Shown here piece by piece: positions 1-11,836 of a stretch of 64,000 nucleotides of DNA. A program made the position numbers and the translations under genes. This DNA comes from Eledone cirrhosa (Eukaryota). Where the stretch lies: NCBI GenBank assembly GCA_964016885.1, contig OZ024747.1, positions 52,948,001 to 53,012,000 of the forward strand, in the 5' to 3' direction. Numbering within the stretch: the first letter of the stretch is position 1; each line of letters begins with the position of its first letter. The notes beneath the pieces were generated by a model. That model was given only the letters and a program-made list of their open reading frames with translations. It had not been told where the DNA came from and made no database searches.

Positions 1-192
1 ATCAGTGATGCCTCTGAACTCAATTTATTGTGTGTTACAATTGTTTCACTGGCGGACAGCTCGAGACGCGATCATTGTGTGGATCTGTCTGATTCTGGAC
101 CCGCAGGTTCGACGGACACGTCTAATGATTTCGGAGCATATTGTATGGAAGCATCTTAGCTACCATCAGACACACATATATATCTATATATA

Positions 193-245
<53 letters not shown>

Positions 246-616
246 TGTGTATATATGTATATTGTGGTGTAAATGTGTAGATTGTGTAGTGTAGTGTAGT
301 GTAGTGTTATGTGGTGTGGCCTGGTGTTGTGTGGTGCAGTGTTGTGCAGTGTGGTATGGTGTTGTGTTTTGTGTTGTGTAGTGTGGTGTTGTCTGGTATG
401 CTCAGGTGTAGTGTAATGTGGACTGGTGTTGTGGTCTGGTGTAGCGTTGTGTAATGTGGTGTAGTGTGTGAGTGAGGAGGATTAAACTGGATTAAACTGG
501 CTGAAGATGGGGGGGGGGTATCAGATGGTGTTTGGCTGAAAACTCGAAGAAAAATTTAAGAAATGCTAAGAAATTCGAGTGATGATGCTGGTAGTGGCGG
601 TGGTGATGATGGTGAT

Positions 617-1633
617 GGTGGTGGTAATGATGGTGGTGGTTGTGGTGGTAGTGGTGGTTGTAGTGGTGGGTGTAGTGTTGGTAGTGATGGTAGTGGTGGT
701 GGTAATTATGATGGTGGTTGTGGTGGTAGTGGTGGTTGTAGTGGTGGGTGTAGTGTTGGTAGTGATGGTAGTGGTGGTGGTAATGATGGTGGTGGTTGTG
801 GTGGTAGTGGTGGTTGTAGTGGTGGGTGTAGTGTTGGTAGTGATGGTAGTGGTGGTGGTAATGATGATGGTGGTTGTGGTGGTAGTGGTGGTTGTAGTGG
901 GGGGTGTAGTGTTGGTCGTGATGGTAGTGGTGGTGGTAATTATGATGGTGGTTGTGGTGGTAGTGGTGGTTGTAGTGGTGGGTGTAGTGTTGGTAGTGAT
1001 GGTAGTGGTGGTGGTAATGATGATGGTGGTTGTGGTGGTAGTGGTGGTTGTAGTGGTGGGTGTAGTGTTGGTAGAGATGGTAGTGGTGGTGGTAATGATG
1101 ATGGTGGTTGTGGTGGTAGTGGTGGTTGTAGTGGTGGGTGTAGTGTTGGTAGAGATGGTAGTGGTGGTGGTAATGATGATGGTGGTTGTGGTGGTAGTGG
1201 TGGTTGTAGTGGTGGGTGTAGTGTTGGTAGAGATGGTAGTGGTGGTGGTAATGATGATGGTGGTTGTGGTGGTAGTGGTGGTTGTAGTGGTGGGTGTAGT
1301 GTTGGTAGTGATGGTAGTGGTGGTGGTAATGATGATGGTGGTTGTGGTGGTAGTGGTGGTTGTAGTGGGGGGTGTAGTGTTGGTCGTGATGGTAGTGGTG
1401 GTGGTAATTATGATGGTGGTTGTGGTGGTAGTGGTGGTTGTAGTGGTGGGTGTAGTGTTGGTAGTGATGGTAGTGGTGGTGGTAATGATGATGGTGGTTG
1501 TGGTGGTAGTGGTGGTTGTAGTGGTGGGTGTAGTGTTGGTAGAGATGGTAGTGGTGGTGGTAATGATGATGGTGGTTGTGGTGGTAGTGGTGGTTGTAGT
1601 GGTGGGTGTAGTGTTGGTCGTGATGGTAGTGGT
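617..1633. repeat. 78-bp GT-rich minisatellite, ~13 copies
   Basis: Unit reads as the 26-codon repeat GGGNDDGGCGGSGGCSGGCSVGRDGS in the 563..1717 ORF; it grades into degenerate (GGT)n to ~1990. Confidence 0.9.
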
Positions 1634-2029
1634 GTTGGCGATGATGATATTGGTGGTGGAGGTAGTTGTAGTTGTGGTATTGGTGGTACTGTGGGGAGGG
1701 GGTATTGGTGGTGGTAATGCTGGTAATGGTGGTGGTGGTTGTGGTGGTGGTGGTTGTAGTGGTGTTTGTGGTGGTGATGACAGTGATGATGGTGATAGGA
1801 TAGTGATGATGTTGTTAGTAATGCTGGTGGTGGTGGTGGTGGTGGTGGTGGTGGTGTTGGTGGTGGTAGTGATAATGGTAGTGATAGTGATGATGATGGT
1901 GGCGGTGGCGGTGGTGATGTTGGTAATGCTGGTGGTTGTGGTGGTGAAGGTGGTAGTGATAGTGATGATTGTGGTTGTTATGGTGAAGATGTCCATTTAA
2001 GATGAAGGAGGCTGTACTGAAGAGCAAAA

Positions 2030-2076
<47 letters not shown>

Positions 2077-2284
2077 GTAAATAAATAATAAAATAAAAAA
2101 AAATTATATATGAGTCACCCCAGAAATTTTGGAAGCAAAATCCCCACCCTCGTTCCCTCCACTCATAAATGGGTCTGGTCCAGACTTGTAGTAGGAACAC
2201 ATTCTTTTTCTGATAGATCAATAGATAGATAGATAGGTTTGTATGTGGGTAGGTATGTAGGTGAGTAGGTGAGTAGATAGGTAG

Positions 2285-2317
<33 letters not shown>

Positions 2318-2318
<1 letters not shown>

Positions 2319-2484
2319 GTTTCTATTTATTAGCCACGGGGGCACAAAATAAGGGGACAAATACAAGGAGGAGGGGGGTTACATAAAAGAAGGAGTAAAA
2401 AAACAAATAATAGATAGATAAATTTCTTTATTAGCCACAAGGGCACAAAAGAAGGGGACAAATACAAATGGGGAGTTTATTAAT

Positions 2485-2522
<38 letters not shown>

Positions 2523-2557
2523 AAGACAGAAAGATATGTTTCTTTATTAGCCACAGG

Positions 2558-2596
<39 letters not shown>

Positions 2597-2770
2597 CAGT
2601 GATATATTTAGACTGAGAGGAAGACAGCCAGATAGGTAGGTAAACAGACAGAAAGACAGATAGATAAATGAATAGATAACTTTCTTTTTATTTGCCACCA
2701 GGGCATCAAAAGTGGGACAAGTACAATGGGGGGAGTTTACATAACAAGATGTCCTCAATATGGAGGAGGC
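2318..2770 (-). mobile_element. Cluster of four very short 3'-end fragments of the Tx1-like LINE family (~2318-2410, 2421-2483, 2537-2558, 2680-2770) separated by (GATA)n
   Basis: Each begins on + with tttatt(a/t)gccac, three continuing (..)gggca(c/t)..aaaa..gg(g)acaa, matching the 3' terminus of the full-length element at 21954-22020. GATA repeats flank each. Confidence 0.8.
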
Positions 2771-2912
2771 AATATAGATAGATAGATAGATTTGTAGGTA
2801 GGTAGACATAAATAAATAGGTAGATGGGACAGTAAGATAGATAGTTAGATGGCTGAATATATATATATATATATAAGCATATATACATATATACATATAT
2901 ACATATAGGTAA

Positions 2913-3070
2913 GGCGGCGAATTGGCAGCGTCGTTAGAACGTCGGATAAAATGCTTCATGGTATTCGTTCCAGATTTCTACTCTCTGAGTTCAAATCCCG
3001 CCGAGGACAACTTTGTCTTTCATCCAATCGAGGTCGATAAAACCTCACCACTAGTCTAATACTGGGGCTG
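2913..3070 (+). mobile_element. tRNA-derived SINE
   Basis: ggcggcgaattggcag head, B-box-like gagttcaaatccc, and body gccgagg..actttg.ctttcatcc..ggtcgataaa shared with other copies in the window. Confidence 0.8.
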
Positions 3071-3145
3071 GTTCTTTCTCTAGATCTCTTTCCCCCTTCT
3101 ATTCCCTCACTCTCTATCCTTCTCTGGAAGAAATCTGCTGTATTC

Positions 3146-3206
3146 AGACCTGAAGAGGAGATGAGATCTGCTGGGTTTCAAAACGCCCTAGAAATGGCGT
3201 GTGTCA
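3146..3206 (+). ncRNA. Decayed type-I hammerhead ribozyme motif
   Basis: gac-CTGAAGA-stem II-(A)AAAC-GCC..GGC-GTG-tgtc. GAAA is mutated to AAAA and the cleavage-site base is G, so it is predicted inactive. Confidence 0.4.
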
Positions 3207-3815
3207 ATATGGCGCCCCTACGACTCCCCCTGGGAGTTACAGGACAATACAGACATACATACATATATACGTACATGCATACATATATACATATATATAT
3301 ATATACAAACATACATACATATATACACACATACATACATACAGACATACATACATATATATATATACATACAGACATACATACATATATATGTACATAC
3401 ATACATTTATACAGACATACATACATACAAAAACATACATACATACATACATACATACACACATACAGACACACATACTTACATACAGACACACATACTT
3501 ACATACATACATACATACATACATACATTTATACATACATACATACACACATACATACACACACACATACATACAGACACACATACATACATAAATACAT
3601 AGAGACACACATACATACAATACATACATACAGACAGACATACACACATACACACACACACATACATACACACATACATACATACAGACCCACATACATA
3701 CATACATATAAGTATATATATATAACTTATTCAAAACATGTATACTCTACGGTCAAGCTTAAATGTTTTGCGAAATCTCCCCCCCTAGTGAGAGGGAAAA
3801 GGGCAGATTCATATA

Positions 3816-3992
<177 letters not shown>

Positions 3993-3998
3993 GTATAC

Positions 3999-4030
<32 letters not shown>

Positions 4031-4704
4031 GTGTATATATATATAAATATATGTATATATGTATATATGTATATATGTATATATATGTATGGTGAGAGGA
4101 CTACCACCAGCCAGCCTGTGGACATTATTCACACCAATAAAGACAGTGGAATGGGGACACAAGAATTTTACAACTGGACAAGACAAACCTAAATTTTTTT
4201 TTTTTTTTTTTTTTTAGGGGACACTGAATACTAATGACGACGGGAAAGAGGGAAAGGAGCGGGAGGTTGAGATAAGGGGGTCATAGAGCTAAGAATGGTA
4301 ATGGTAAAAGCTATGTAGTAGAATTATATATATATATATACATGCATTTACGCACTCACGCATACCCCCCCCCATACACACACCCCACACATCCCCCCAC
4401 ATCCACCTCCACCCCCACCGCCCTCACACACATCCACACACACACACACGCACTCATATATATACATGGGCGTGTGTATGTGTTTGTGTGTAGTCGTGTG
4501 TGCGAGTGCTTGCATATTCTCTTTCTGTTATATAAACACACACACATACAACAGAATGTTTTGAGTTTTGTGTGCATGCACGTGTGTATGTGTGTATGTG
4601 TATGTTTGTGCATTTATCTGTGTATGTGTGTGTTAGTATTTCTAATTCCTTGTGGAAATATATAATCTTGTTTAGCCGACTGTATGTGCGTTTAAATAAA
4701 GAAG

Positions 4705-4773
<69 letters not shown>

Positions 4774-4957
4774 CACACACACACAGACACACATACACAC
4801 ACACTAAGGGCTTCCACATATTTTCCACGTATTTTACTAACTTTCATTCACCAGTCAAAGGTTATAGTAGAAACCACTTGACCAAAATTCTACGTATTGG
4901 AACCGTACCCGAAACTACGCGAATTCCTTGACTATACAACATATCTGCATTATTATT

Positions 4958-5137
4958 TGCCAGTATCGGTAGAGTGTCAGACACCATGATTTGCAGCATA
5001 GAGTTATATGCCTTTACGTTCTGAGTTCACATCCCGCTGAGGTTAAATTTGCTTTTCATCCTTACAGGGCCGCTAAAATAAAGCACCAGTAATGCACTGA
5101 GGTAATTGCTGGCTTTGTACCAAAAGAAGAAACATTA
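4958..5137 (+). mobile_element. SINE (family ending ...gctggccttgtgcctaaagtagaaacaatt)
   Basis: Aligns by eye with the copies at 36423, 38733, 42648 and 59929. Confidence 0.85.
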
Positions 5138-5151
5138 TTATATACCAGCGC

Positions 5152-5203
<52 letters not shown>

Positions 5204-5232
5204 GTGGTTACACAACAGTTAGTTCACCATAC

Positions 5233-5270
5233 CGAGAACAATTGTTTCACCTTAGCGGATCCTCAGCTCG
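5233..5270 (-). ncRNA. Minimal type-I hammerhead ribozyme (Penelope-like terminus)
   Basis: Minus strand CGAG-CTGAGGA-TCCGCTAAGGT-GAAACAATTGTT-CTCG: stem I CGAG/CTCG and palindromic stem III ACAATTGT. The downstream sequence ends at (TA)n at 5200. Confidence 0.7.
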
Positions 5271-5275
5271 CATTA

Positions 5276-6433
5276 CGAAAGTTTCATAATTCACTCATCG
5301 AAAGTTTCATAATTTAGTCAACGAAAGTTTCATAATTTAGTCAACGAAAGTTTCACAATTTAGTCAACGAAAGTTTCATAATTTAGTCAACGAAAGTTTC
5401 ACAATTTAGTCAACGAAAGTTTCACAATTTACTCAACGAAAGTTTCACAATTTACTCAACGAAAGTTTCACAATTTACTCAACGAAAGTTTCACAATTTA
5501 CTCAACGAAAGTTTCACAATTTAGTCAACGAAAGTTTCATAATTTAGTCAACGAAAGTTTCACAATTTAGTCAACGAAAGTTTCACAATTTACTCAACGA
5601 AAGTTTCACAATTTACTCAACGAAAGTTTCACAATTTACTCAACGAAAGTTTCACAATTTACTCAAGGAAAGTTTCACAATTTAGTCAACGAAAGTTTCA
5701 CAATTTAGTCAACGAAAGTTTCATAATTTAGTCAACGAAAGTTTCACAATTTAGTCAACGAAAGTTTCACAATTTACTCAACGAAAGTTTCACAATTTAG
5801 TCAACGAAAGTTTCACAATTTAGTCAACGAAAGTTTCACAATTTACTCAACGAAAGTTTCACAATTTACTCAACGAAAGTTTCACAATTTACTCAACGAA
5901 AGTTTCACAATTTAGTCAACGAAAGTTTCACAATTTAGTCAACGAAAGTTTCATAATTTAGTCAACGAAAGTTTCACAATTTAGTCAACGAAAGTTTCAC
6001 AATTTAGTCAACGAAAGTTTCATAATTTAGTCAACGAAAGTTTCACAATTTAGTCAACGAAAGTTTCATAATTTAGTCAACGAAAGTTTCACAATTTAGT
6101 CAACGAAAGTTTCACAATTTAGTCAACGAAAGTTTCATAATTTAGTCAACGAAAGTTTCACAATTTAGTCAACGAAAGTTTCACAATTTAGTCAACGAAA
6201 GTTTCATAATTTAGTCAACGAAAGTTTCACAATTTAGTCAACGAAAGTTTCATAATTTAGTCAACGAAAGTTTCACAATTTAGTCAACGAAAGTTTCATA
6301 ATTTAGTCAACGAAAGTTTCACAATTTAGTCAACGAAAGTTTCACAATTTAGTCAACGAAAGTTTCACAATTTAGTCAACGAAAGTTTCCTAATTTAGTC
6401 AACGAAAGTTTCACAATTTAGTCAACGAAAGTT
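5276..6433. repeat. 23-bp minisatellite (aattta[g/c]tcaacgaaagtttca[c/t]), ~50 copies
   Basis: Period measured directly (tcaacg at 5341 and 5364); two main variable positions. Confidence 0.95.
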
Positions 6434-6606
6434 ATAATTCTTCATAATAATTGCATAAGTTCGAGAGAGGATTGAGTGATGTGCAAAAGCATTTCTAGAA
6501 TAAGATAACCGAATAAAAAGCAACCATCTTCATCAGTCAAACGCTGGAGATCATTATAAGGTTCAGAATTTCATTCCAGTGCAAACTGGGACGCAACAAA
6601 ACAGGT

Positions 6607-6652
<46 letters not shown>

Positions 6653-6954
6653 ACACACACTCACACAGACACACACACACCACACACACACACAACTTAT
6701 TACCTCTTAGAACACACAATTTGAGCCAGAGTTGAAACGCCCTAATCTGCACAACTGAATTTACTTGGAGCTGCCCAAAGGGCATAACTCTCCGGAGGTA
6801 ACAGGATTTCAAAAGGGAAATGGGATTCCCCTACACACATTAGAGTATATGTGTTTCAATTGGTCTTATAAAAGATAATTATTAACACCTTGCTTCCCTA
6901 GCAACTGACTTAGTAAATACCCACAAAATTATTTAAACCTTTTCCTGTATGAAG

Positions 6955-7049
6955 GATTTCTGATTTAGGCACAAGGCCAGCAATTTATGGGGAGAGGAAA
7001 GCCGAATAAATCGACCCCAGTGCGTGACTGGTACTTTATTCTATCGACT
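6955..7049 (-). mobile_element. SINE 3' half
   Basis: Reverse complement of gtcgat.gaataaagtaccagt...attgctggccttgtgcctaa. Confidence 0.75.
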
Positions 7050-7632
7050 TTTTCAGTAATAATAATTGCTGTTCCACTGACATACACAACCAGAAAATAG
7101 AATTCAAATATCAAATTAAAAAAACTTGTAAATTCCAATGTGAAAATGTCGAAATTTATCCATTTTGAGAGCTTAGTAATTTACTGTATTATTAACCTAA
7201 TTTTATCACGTGATCTCAATTTGGTAGATTTGAGATTCATTATGACATATTATAATACCTACATAACGTACAACTAATTATAATACGCATTTTCATATCA
7301 AAATACATAATTTCATTATGGATAATCGGTGGCCGATTAATTGTTAATCAGTAATCGGTCAATTTGACATTTGAAGCATCCCTAAAACACACACACACAC
7401 ACACATACACAGACACAAACACAAACCTATATATATGTTGTTTACTTGTCTCACTCGCTTTACGCGATTTACTTGTCCCAATAGCTTTATTTAGCTATTG
7501 CTCGCACCAACCTGAGGTATATGATTTTTAATGCGATGAAATATCAATGATGGTTGGAAAATCACTGACGAAGGACTATTTTTATCATATGTAACCCATG
7601 TGCAACCACGCAGTATTCTTCTTTCTTCTCAT

Positions 7633-7676
<44 letters not shown>

Positions 7677-7759
7677 GTTAAAACAGAAAATAAAAAACAA
7701 AAACAAAGCGAAGAGTACAAAGTGTTAGTATTAGGTTCACCCTTGAGAGTGGGATATAT

Positions 7760-7872
<113 letters not shown>

Positions 7873-8039
7873 GTGTGTTTTTTTAACAGTCAATGTTTGT
7901 AATAGTCTGAAGCGGACGAGATCTGTGGCGTCGAACCTTGTCGTTGTAAAAACATTATGTAATTGCGATTGGTTGTGAGCCGGATATCATGTGAAACACA
8001 TGTAACAAAAACAAATATGTTGACTGATCTGACTTTCTA

Positions 8040-8103
<64 letters not shown>

Positions 8104-8191
8104 TCACAAGACAATTAAACAAATTTTAGTAACCTTTTAACAATATTAAATGTTTATTACATTTTGAAATGGTCCAGTTACTTTTGGGCCA

Positions 8192-8227
<36 letters not shown>

Positions 8228-8265
8228 ACACACACACACACACATATATATAGTTACATATATAA

Positions 8266-8500
8266 AGGCGAATGGCTTAGTGGACTTGAAATCGGGAGGT
8301 TGTGTGTTCGATTCTCGGACCGAGTGATGCTTTATGTCCTTGAAAAAGACACTTTATTTTACATTGCCCCAGCTTAAAGTTGCGAAAGAGAGGGGAGACT
8401 GATATGCATGGGCAACTACTGGTGTCCCACAAACAACCTTGCGCAGGATTGTGCCTTGGACGGTAAATTTCTAGGTGTAAATCCCTTGGTCATTCGTAAC
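8266..8500 (+). mobile_element. Second tRNA-SINE family (central tgtccttgagcaagacactttattt domain), diverged
   Basis: A-box-like tggcttagtgg, B-box-like gttcgattc; body shared with 56593-56708 and 3' part shared with ~57950-58010. Confidence 0.7.
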
Positions 8501-8590
8501 TCTTATACATATATATACGTATAACACACACACATACGTGTGTGTGTGTGTGTGTGACTTTTCATCATTTTGATGTCGATAGATAGATAT

Positions 8591-9119
8591 ATGTCTTTAT
8601 TTGCCACAAGGGCGCACAAGAAAAGGGTACAATTCAAAGACACATGCCGGGGATTTTACATAGAATCGTGTAAAAATATTATTAAAACAAACAAATTTAA
8701 CAATCGAATTCCCCAATAGGGGGCAGGCGTTACAAATGGGTTGTTCTATCAACGGGGTATTAAACAACCCATTTGTAATACCCCGTTGATAGAACAACCC
8801 TCAACTTCAGGAGCGTGTTGTGCAAGTGCTCCATTCTTCCTTTTGCTCTCTTCTTCAACCTACAGGTTTATGTACAGAGAAGGCCCAATCACTCGGGCCA
8901 TTTTTGCTACATTCACCCACCTTTCAGTAAATTTACTGGGGTGCAGTCCCTCTCTCTCCACTCTGATTCTCCTTCTAAAGTGGTACCTAAAGAATGGAAT
9001 GAGTTGTTGTCCGGAGAGAAAGACATCTGTCCTCAGTCCTCTCAATCTCATCCACCATATAACCTCGTTCACCATAGCCACTGTACAGAGGAAAACCGCC
9101 TCTCTTTCGTTTTTGAAAG
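8591..9119 (-). mobile_element. 5'-truncated Tx1-like LINE copy
   Basis: Encodes FKNEREAVFLCTVAMVNEVIWWMRLRGL..ERWVNVAKMARVIGPSLY, homologous to the ORF2 C-terminus of 22177..25002. GATA repeats on both sides. Confidence 0.9.
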
Positions 9120-9132
9120 AAGATAGATAGAT

Positions 9133-9596
9133 AAATTTCTTTATTAGCCACAAGGGCACAAAAGAACGGGACAAATACAAATGGGGAGTTTACATACAGG
9201 AATATGAAAATAAAACTTTTAATACAATAACAAATAACAATTGAAATCCCCAATAGGGGGGAGGTGTTACACAGGGGTTGTACACACCCCGAAAAAATGT
9301 ACCACCCTCATCTCCAGGAGCACCAAGAGTGAGTACTCCCTTCCTCTCTTCCTCTTTTTCTTCAACCTACAGGCTTATATAGAGAGAAGGCCCAACCACT
9401 CGGGCCATCTTTGCCACATTCACCCACCTTTTATAAAATTTGCTGGGGTACAGCACCTCTTTCTCCATCCTGATTCTTCTTCCAAAATGATATTTGAAAA
9501 AACGAATCAGTTGCTCGCCGGAGAGAAAGGTGTCTGACCTCAGCCCTTTTAACCTCTTTCACCATAGCCATAACACATAGGAAAACCGCCTCTGAA
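9133..9596 (-). mobile_element. 5'-truncated Tx1-like LINE copy (different subfamily)
   Basis: Same 3' terminus and ORF2 C-terminal homology; GATA repeats on both sides; tandem with the previous copy. Confidence 0.9.
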
Positions 9597-9844
9597 GATA
9601 GATAGATGGATAGATGGATGAGTAGATAGAGAAGATAAATAGAGATAGATCAGTAGATAGGCAGATATATAGATATGTGTGTAGATAGATAGATATAAAG
9701 GTAGGTAGATAGATAGGCAGGAAGATAAAGAGGGGGTGAGAAGGAGGGGGTGGGGAAAGATATAGTGATGGTTTTGTATACTTTGATAGAGGCGCTGGGA
9801 GAGGAGGGAGATGCTGGTTTTCGTTGCTTCATGGTAGTATAAGA

Positions 9845-10179
9845 ATCATCATCATTATCATCATCACAGTCCTCATCATCATCATCATCATCATTATAAT
9901 CACAGTCATCACTATGGACATCACTCTCATCACCGTTGTCGTCATCATCATCATCACCAACAACACCTTCGTCAATATTACCACCATCACCATCACAACC
10001 ACCACCATCAACAACAACGACGACAACAACACCACTTCACCATCACCACCATCAACAACAACAACACTTCACCATCACCATCACCATTACCACCACCACC
10101 ATCAACAACAACACTTCACCATCATCATTACCATTACCACCACCACCATCAACAACAACACTTCACCATCATCATTACC

Positions 10180-10222
<43 letters not shown>

Positions 10223-11310
10223 CCACCACTTCATTACCACCATCACCACCACCATCACCACTACCACCACCACCGCCACCACCACCACCACCACCACCAC
10301 CACCACCACCACCACCATTACCACCACTACCACCATCACCACCATCACCACCACCATTACCACCACCACCACCACCACCACCATTACCCCCCCCCCACCA
10401 CCAACAACAACAACAACACCACTTCACCCCCACCCCCACCCCCACCACCAACAACAACAACAACAACAACACCTCCCCACGACCATCATCCACCACCACC
10501 ATCACCACCACCACCATCCACTATATTTTGAAGGTCGGTCTTGAAAAGTCTGATAAAAAAAACGAAAACATCAAAAAAATATCCCATGCAAAGAGTAACA
10601 TTCTCGACATAGTGGTGGTGGTGTTGGTGGAGGTGGTGGTGGTGGTGTTAGTGGTGGTGGTGGTGGTGGTGGTGTTGGTGGAGGTGGTGGTGGTGGTGTT
10701 AGTGGTGGTGGTGGTGGTTGTATTGGTGGTAGTAGTGGTGGTGGTGTTAGTGGTGGTGGTGGTGGTTGTATTGGTGGTAGTAGTGGTGGTGGTGTTAGTG
10801 GTGGTGGTGGTGGTGGTGGTAGTAGTGGTGGTTGTGTTGGTGGTGGTTGTATTGGTGGTAGTATTGGTGGTGTTAGTGGTGGTGGTAGTGGTTGTATTGG
10901 TGGTAATAGTAGTGGTGGTGTTAGTGGTGGTGGTGGTGGTGGTAGTAGTGGTGGTTGTGTTAGTGGTGGTGGTGGTTGTATTGGTGGTAGTAGTGGTGGT
11001 GGTAGTAGTGGTGGTTGTGTTAGTGGTGGTGGTGGTAGTGGTAGTAGTGGTGGTTGTGTTAATGGTGGTGGTGGTTGTATTGGTGGTTGTGTTAGTGGTG
11101 GTGGTGGTTGTATTGGTGGTAGTAGTGGTGGTGGTAGTAGTGGTGGTTGTGTTAGTGGTGGTGGTGGTGTTGATGGTGGGGCGTGTTAGTGGTGGTGGTG
11201 GTGGTGGTAGTAGTAGTGGTGGTGGTGTTAGTGGTGATGGTGTTGATGGTGAGGGGGGGGTTAGTGGTGGTGGTGATGTGGTGGTGTTAGTGATGGGGTG
11301 GGGGTGGGGG
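9845..11310. repeat. Compound trinucleotide low-complexity tracts: (CAT/CAC/CAA)n then (GGT/GTA)n
   Basis: Direct inspection; composition flips strand around a short unique island at 10520-10610. Confidence 0.85.
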
Positions 11311-11542
11311 TAAGATTGTAAGGGAGGGGTTAGTGTGAGGATAAAAGATGCAATGAAGTGGGGGCTGGGTGGGGACGATGGGTGGTGGAGATGAGTCTTG
11401 GGTGTGATGCGGTGCAGTTTGTATCTGGTGGACGTGGTGGTGGCGGAGCTGGTGGACGTGGCGGCGGTGGTGCTGCAAATATTTGATAAGTAGACAGACA
11501 GATAGACAGGACAAACAAATAAACAGACAGATAGATGCATTG

Positions 11543-11614
<72 letters not shown>

Positions 11615-11634
11615 ATAGATAGATATATATATAT

Positions 11635-11684
<50 letters not shown>

Positions 11685-11836
11685 GAGATCATTAGATAGA
11701 AGCAGAGAGCTAGAGAGAGAAGGAGAAGAGATAGGGATGAGATGAACGTCTCTCAGTTTGTTACAATGAACCACTTAGCAACCACCAAAAGGAATTCCTT
11801 ACTACACGTTTCTTTACAAAGAAAGGGAGCTGTAGA

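Noticed and set aside
115-172. Hammerhead on the minus strand
   Set aside because: The core reads CTGATGG and stems I and II do not pair convincingly; at best a decayed relic.
563-1717. 384-aa Gly/Cys/Ser-rich ORF resembling a structural protein
   Set aside because: It is a 78-bp minisatellite open in several frames on both strands, with no signal peptide or unique domain.
5276-6433. CRISPR-like array
   Set aside because: Head-to-tail 23-mers without unique spacers, no cas genes, eukaryotic context.
7905-7945. Hammerhead-like ctgaagc...cgaacc
   Set aside because: Both conserved boxes are mutated.
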